A stretch of 64,000 bases of DNA from an uncultured Acidobacteriota bacterium (GTDB lineage Bacteria > Acidobacteriota > UBA6911), in contig CAWJKZ010000015.1 of assembly GCA_963843575.1 (NCBI GenBank), positions 128,001 through 192,000 of the forward strand, in the 5' to 3' direction. The notes under the pieces were generated by a model. The model was not told the DNA's origin, did not search any database, and was given only the letters and a program-made list of their open reading frames with translations. Numbering within the stretch: position 1 is the stretch's first letter; the number at the start of each line of letters is the position of its first letter. This document shows, in pieces, positions 59,444 to 64,000 of the stretch. Position numbers and translations under genes: made by a program.

Positions 59444-60706
59444 ATGAAAACACTGATGCCGCTCCTGCTGGCTTTTTGCTCTTCCGCGCTTGCGCAAACC
59501 CCCGATGCGGTGGTGGCTCGCGTCCTCAGCGATCCGAAGTTCCGGGACGCTGCCGCCTACATCGAGAAGGACCACGAACGGATCGTGCAGGACATCGTCC
59601 GTCTGACGGAAATCCCGGCCCCGCCCTTCAAGGAAGGCCCCCGCGCGAAGGCGTTTCTGGCCATGCTGCGGCAGCACGGACTCAGCGACGTCGAGCGGGA
59701 CGCCGAAGGGAACGTCATGGGGTTGCGGCGCGGCAGCGGCGGAGGCCCTCTGCTCGCGATTGCGGCGCACCTCGACACCGTTTTCCCCGAGGGGACGAAC
59801 GTCAAGGTCAAGAGGGAGGGGACGATCCTGACTGCGCCGGGCGTCGGCGACGACTCGCGCAGCCTGGCCGTTCTGCTCGGCATCCTGCGGGCCCTGGACG
59901 CGTCAGCCATCCGAACCGCGAGCGACATCCTGTTTATCGGGAACGTCGGCGAGGAGGGACAGGGCGACCTCCGCGGCATGCGCTACATCTTCGGGTCGGG
60001 CCGCTACAAGGACCGCATCAAAGCCTTCATCTCGGTCGACGGCGCGGGAATGAACCGGATCACTAACGGTGCCCTGGGAAGCAAGAGGTACCGGGTCGTG
60101 TTTCGCGGGCCAGGCGGGCACAGCTATGGTTCCTTCGGCATTGTCAGCCCGGCGTTCGCCCTAGGCCAGGCGATCGACCATTTTTCCCGGCTCCGCGTGC
60201 CGGCGGATCCCAGGACCACCTTCAACGTCGGGGTGCTCGGCGGCGGTACTTCGGTCAATTCCATCCCCCATCAGGTCTGGATGGAAGTGGACATGAGATC
60301 GGAATCGCCGGAGGAGCTGAAGCGGGTCACGGGCGAGTTCCTGAAAATCGTCCAGGAAGCGGCCGATGCCGAGAACCGGACGCGTTCCACGCAGCAGGGA
60401 AGTGTCACGGTCGAATGCAAGTTGATCGGGGACCGGCCCTCCGGGCAAACCCCGTTGACCGCGCCGCTGGTTCAAGCGACCGCAGCCGTGTTGCGCAGCC
60501 AGGGGATGGAGCCCCGGTACGAAATCAGCAGCACCGATGCCAACATCCCGATCAGCCTCGGGATTCCGGCCATAACGATCGGTTCCGGTGGCCGCGGCGG
60601 CCGGGGCCATTCTCTCCAGGAGTGGATCGACGTTGAAAAGACCGTAAGCGTGCGCGGCATCACGGCCCTGATGGCCGTGCTCCTTTCGGCGGCGGGCGTG
60701 CAATAG
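59444..60706 (+). CDS. M20/M25/M40 family metallopeptidase, secreted
   Basis: AHLDTVF, GVGDD, GEEG, GGHS, STDAN, HSLQEW. Confidence 0.88.
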   Translation: MKTLMPLLLAFCSSALAQTPDAVVARVLSDPKFRDAAAYIEKDHERIVQDIVRLTEIPAPPFKEGPRAKAFLAMLRQHGLSDVERDAEGNVMGLRRGSGGGPLLAIAAHLDTVFPEGTNVKVKREGTILTAPGVGDDSRSLAVLLGILRALDASAIRTASDILFIGNVGEEGQGDLRGMRYIFGSGRYKDRIKAFISVDGAGMNRITNGALGSKRYRVVFRGPGGHSYGSFGIVSPAFALGQAIDHFSRLRVPADPRTTFNVGVLGGGTSVNSIPHQVWMEVDMRSESPEELKRVTGEFLKIVQEAADAENRTRSTQQGSVTVECKLIGDRPSGQTPLTAPLVQATAAVLRSQGMEPRYEISSTDANIPISLGIPAITIGSGGRGGRGHSLQEWIDVEKTVSVRGITALMAVLLSAAGVQ

Positions 60707-60783
60707 TCGGGAGATGTGCCGCGGAGCCTGACTGCGCCCCAATCTTGTGTTTTTAAGATAGATAGCTTCGTGATTCTTTGCGG

Positions 60784-60838
60784 TCTTGAAGTCTTGGAGG
60801 TGTGTTCTGAAGCGCACCTCCAAGTCTTCGCTTCAAGA
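60784..60838. terminator. Long hairpin between convergent genes, possible bidirectional terminator
   Basis: tcttgaag-t-cttggaggtg ... cacctccaag ... cttcaaga, ending next to the kinase stop codon. Confidence 0.45.
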
Positions 60839-60839
60839 G

Positions 60840-63156
60840 TCAGGGGCGGGCGAAGAGGATGTAGGCTAGAAGGGCGACAACACAAATCAGTAACGCGACG
60901 CCCGCCAGTACGACGACCCGCAAGCCCCGTTCGCCAGCGCGCGGCGGCGCTGCGCCGAGGTTCAGGTTCGACAGCGGCTGCTGGCGGGGCACCGGGGCCG
61001 GAGGCTCCGCAGCTTCCCGGGCCGGTTCCGTGGGATTCGACCGGCGGGCCTCCCGGATTCTGGCTAGGAGCGTCAAGGCCTGCTCGTTGCGCGGCGCGAG
61101 TCCCAGGACGCGGTTTACCTGTTCTTCCGCGGCTTCGGGCGCGTCGGTGATGAAGAGCTGGCGCGCCTCGACGAGGCCCGCCTCGACTGCCGACTGCAGC
61201 TCCTGCTGGCGGATGCCGGCCTCGGCCTCGTCGATCCCCACACGGACGATTGGGTCATCCCCAAGCCACTCGGCCGCGCGGTGCAGGGCGGCGCGGCTCT
61301 CTCTGTACCTCCCTTCCCCCAGCAGCTTGAATCCCGCGACCTTCTCACGTTCTCCGGCGGTCCTGCGTTCGAGCTGCGCATGTTCGGCTTCGACGGCCGC
61401 CAGCGCCTGTTTTCGGAGTTCGGCCGCCTCCGTGCACGACGGGTCGAGGGCCAGTATCTCGTTGGCGATGCGGACGGCGTCCGTGTGAGCAGCGGTGGAG
61501 AGCGATTGGCGTGCCGAGTCGAGCAGGGACGAGACCCGTGCCCGACGCTCTTCCCGGAGACGCTCACGCTGCGCTGCCTCCTGTTCGGCGCGCTGAATCC
61601 GCGAGGTCAGCTCGGCCGCGGCGGTGCTCGTTCCGGCCAGTTCCAGCGCCCGCGCGACCTCGGTGCGCGCACCGGGGAGGTCTCCGGCTTCGAGCCGGCT
61701 GCGTGCCGCCGCGAGCGCTTCGAGGTTCCGGCTTTCGTTCAGCTCCGCCTGTTCTCTCAAGAGATCCCTGGTGCCGGCGAGCATCGCCAGGGCCCCGGCG
61801 TGCGCCGGATTGAGCCGGAGCGCCTGGTCCAACAGGCTTGCGCACGTCTGAAGGTCGCCTGAGGCCCCTGCTGCGGCGGCCTTCGTGAAGAGCTCCTGCG
61901 CCTGCTCAAGCCGCTGGCGCTCTTCCCTTGCACTTTCCAGCCGGGCATCCAGCTCGGACCGCAGGGAGGCGGCTTCGCTGTACGTCGGGTCGTCCCCGAC
62001 GACGTAGTTCAGCATCTGGAGGGCGTTTTCCAGCTGACCGGTCCGGTCCAGGTCCTGCACTTCCATCAGGAGGTAGGACGACCGTTTCCGTTTATCGAGC
62101 AAGGCGTTCACCCGGTCGCGCTCGCGCTCGATATGGGTGCGCTGCTTGGCCAGTGCCATGTATTCGAACTGCGACGTGCGTTTCCAGCCGGTGCCCCCGT
62201 CGGACCTGGTGCCGTCGCGGTTTTCGGGTGCCCGCTTCAATTCTTCCAGCCGAGGTGCACTCTCACCCAGTAGCCCGGGGTTGGCGCCGACGAGCCGTTC
62301 GAGCTCCGCGATGACGTCGAGATTTTCTTGCCGGAGCCTCTGTTTGCGGTCGTCGAGGGTCAGCCGGAAAATCTCCAGCTCGTTCAGCATGTCCTCGATG
62401 TTCTGATAGCGCGCGCCCGGGTCTTTTGCCAGCGCCTTTGCTATCACCGTCTCCAACTCCGGGGGGAGGTCGGGGACGACCTTGTCGATCGCCTCGGGCT
62501 CGCTTTGGAGGATCTTGTAGGTGATCGCGTATTCGGAGTCGGCGTAGAAAGGCTTGGTGTGGGTGAGAAGCTCGTAACAGACGACGCCAAACGAGAAGAT
62601 GTCGGACCGGTGGTCGGGCGCCTCGCCCTTCACCTTTTCGGGCGCCATGTACGAGGGGGTGCCGGCCAGGCTCCTGTGCGTCGGATCTGACCCGACCATC
62701 CGGGCGAGGCCGAAGTCGAGGACCTTCACCTGTCCGGCGCGGGTCAGGAATATGTTTCCCGGGCTTGATGTCGCCGTGGACCACCCCCATCGAATGCGCG
62801 TGGGCGAGCCCCTCGCAGACTTCCACCATGATCCGGAGCTTTTGTTCGAGCGACATCGGGGTGCGTTGTGCGATGTGTTCCTTGAGCTCGCTGCCATCCA
62901 GGAATTCCATCGCGATGAATGCGATGCCGTCGGCTTCGTCCATTTCGTAAATGGTGACGATGTTCTTGTGCGAGAGGGAACCGGCGGAGCGGGCCTCCAT
63001 CAAGAGGCGGTTGCGGAGTTCGGGATCCGGGTTGAGCTGTGCCGACAGGGTTTTTATAGCGACGGTGCGCCCGATGCGAGGGTCGAGCGCCTTGTAGACG
63101 ACCCCCATGCCCCCTTTCCCGACGGTATCGATGACCTGGTATTTGCCGATGTTCAC
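60840..63156 (-). CDS. Hanks-type Ser/Thr protein kinase with TPR-like helical region and C-terminal TM; one +1 frameshift near 62760
   Basis: GKGGMGVVY, VAIK, HGDIKPG(N), DFGLAR, GTPSYMAPE, SDIFSFG; TPR-like repeats; hydrophobic C-terminus. Confidence 0.88.
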
Positions 63157-63382
63157 AAGAGTAACGGAACGGTTAGGTTGTTGTCGGGCAAGATCATAGC
63201 ATTGACCCGAAGGAAAGGGAGGCCAGAATCTGGAGTGTGGCGCCCGTGCCCGCACCTGCACGCATCTTCGACGTGCGCGCACGAATACCCCGAAAACCAG
63301 AAACCCGCCATTTTCGTGGCAGGTAGTTACAGTTGCGAGCGAGCTGCTGACAAGGCGCTCTTGCCGGGGCTACACTAACGCT

Positions 63383-64000
63383 ATGCAGATCGCAAAACTC
63401 GCGATTCTCGCCCTGTTGGCTGTTGCACCGGCCGGTTGGCGGCAGGGCACGGCGCAGAAGGCGGCTCCGGCCGGGACGCCCGCGCAGAAGGCTGAGATAC
63501 GGCGCCTGGTCCTGAAGGACGGAACGTACGAAAACGTCAATCGATACGAAATCAAAGGGGACCGGGTGCGTTTTCTCAGCTCCGAACGGCGCGAGTGGGA
63601 AGAAATGCCCGCTTCCCTCATCGATTGGCCCGCCACGGAGAAATATGCCGCCGATGCGGCTGCGGAAAAACGGTCGCGGCTTCGCGACCTCGCCGAGAGC
63701 TCGGCCAGCGATCGCGCCGAAACAGAGTCGTCCACCCCCACCGTGGCCCCAGGGATACGGTTGCCCGACACGGGTGGCGTCTTCCTGCTGGACGTCTACC
63801 AGGGTAGGCAGGAGCTGACCCCAGTCCATCAGAACGGGGCCGATGTGAACAAAAACACCGGGGCCAACATACTCCGCGGCATCATCAACCCCGTGGCCGG
63901 CTCCAAACGAACGATCGAGTTGAAAGGTCCGCACGCGCCGGTCCAGTCTCATGTGACCGCGCCGGTCTTTTACGTGGCGATCGACCTGGAAGGCGACTAC
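63383..64000 (+). CDS. Secreted hypothetical protein, 3' end outside the window
   Basis: MQIAKLAILALLAVA...RLVLKDGTYENVNRYEIKGDRVRFLSSERREWEEMPASLIDWPATEKY; frame open to the window end. Confidence 0.75.
   Translation, partial: MQIAKLAILALLAVAPAGWRQGTAQKAAPAGTPAQKAEIRRLVLKDGTYENVNRYEIKGDRVRFLSSERREWEEMPASLIDWPATEKYAADAAAEKRSRLRDLAESSASDRAETESSTPTVAPGIRLPDTGGVFLLDVYQGRQELTPVHQNGADVNKNTGANILRGIINPVAGSKRTIELKGPHAPVQSHVTAPVFYVAIDLEGDY

Noticed and set aside
8908-63156. Programmed +1 frameshifting or a pseudogene island
   Set aside because: No shared slippery sequence or stimulator; genes are otherwise intact and include purL; uniform single-base insertions fit sequencing error better
1-64000. 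tRNA, rRNA, riboswitch, prophage, integrase or defence genes
   Set aside because: None recognised by eye; a covariance-model scan would be needed to exclude small structured RNAs

Overview
GC-rich bacterial chromosome segment, most likely Acidobacteriota (ADOP-type duplicated permease, many Tat-exported sugar enzymes, small secreted proteins typical of the phylum). About 48 protein-coding genes. No rRNA, tRNA, CRISPR, transposase or phage genes were recognised. Content: periplasmic carbohydrate and redox catabolism (three Tat Gfo/Idh/MocA oxidoreductases, three Tat TIM-barrel isomerase/lyases, two DUF1080 proteins, GH127, a sulfatase, a PaoABC-like molybdoenzyme, GntP permease and HpcH aldolase), glgC, purL, a treZ homologue lacking its catalytic nucleophile, a TetR-controlled ABC/TolC efflux operon, an EF-G paralogue and a Ser/Thr kinase. 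Intergenic DNA holds four families of palindromic repeats (REP/REPIN, a 136-bp BIME-like tandem array, MITE-like elements) and two gene remnants. Five genes carry ten frameshifts, all net +1, most simply read as long-read insertion errors. The best candidate for an undescribed system is at the left edge: apbE, then a NapC/NirT tetraheme cytochrome fused to a Cys-less FGE-like domain with an SGPT (SGAT-like) putative flavinylation site, then a Tat-exported Gfo/Idh/MocA dehydrogenase. This may be a flavinylated electron conduit between periplasmic sugar redox chemistry and the quinone pool (inference). All family calls come from motif recognition by eye; no database searches were run.
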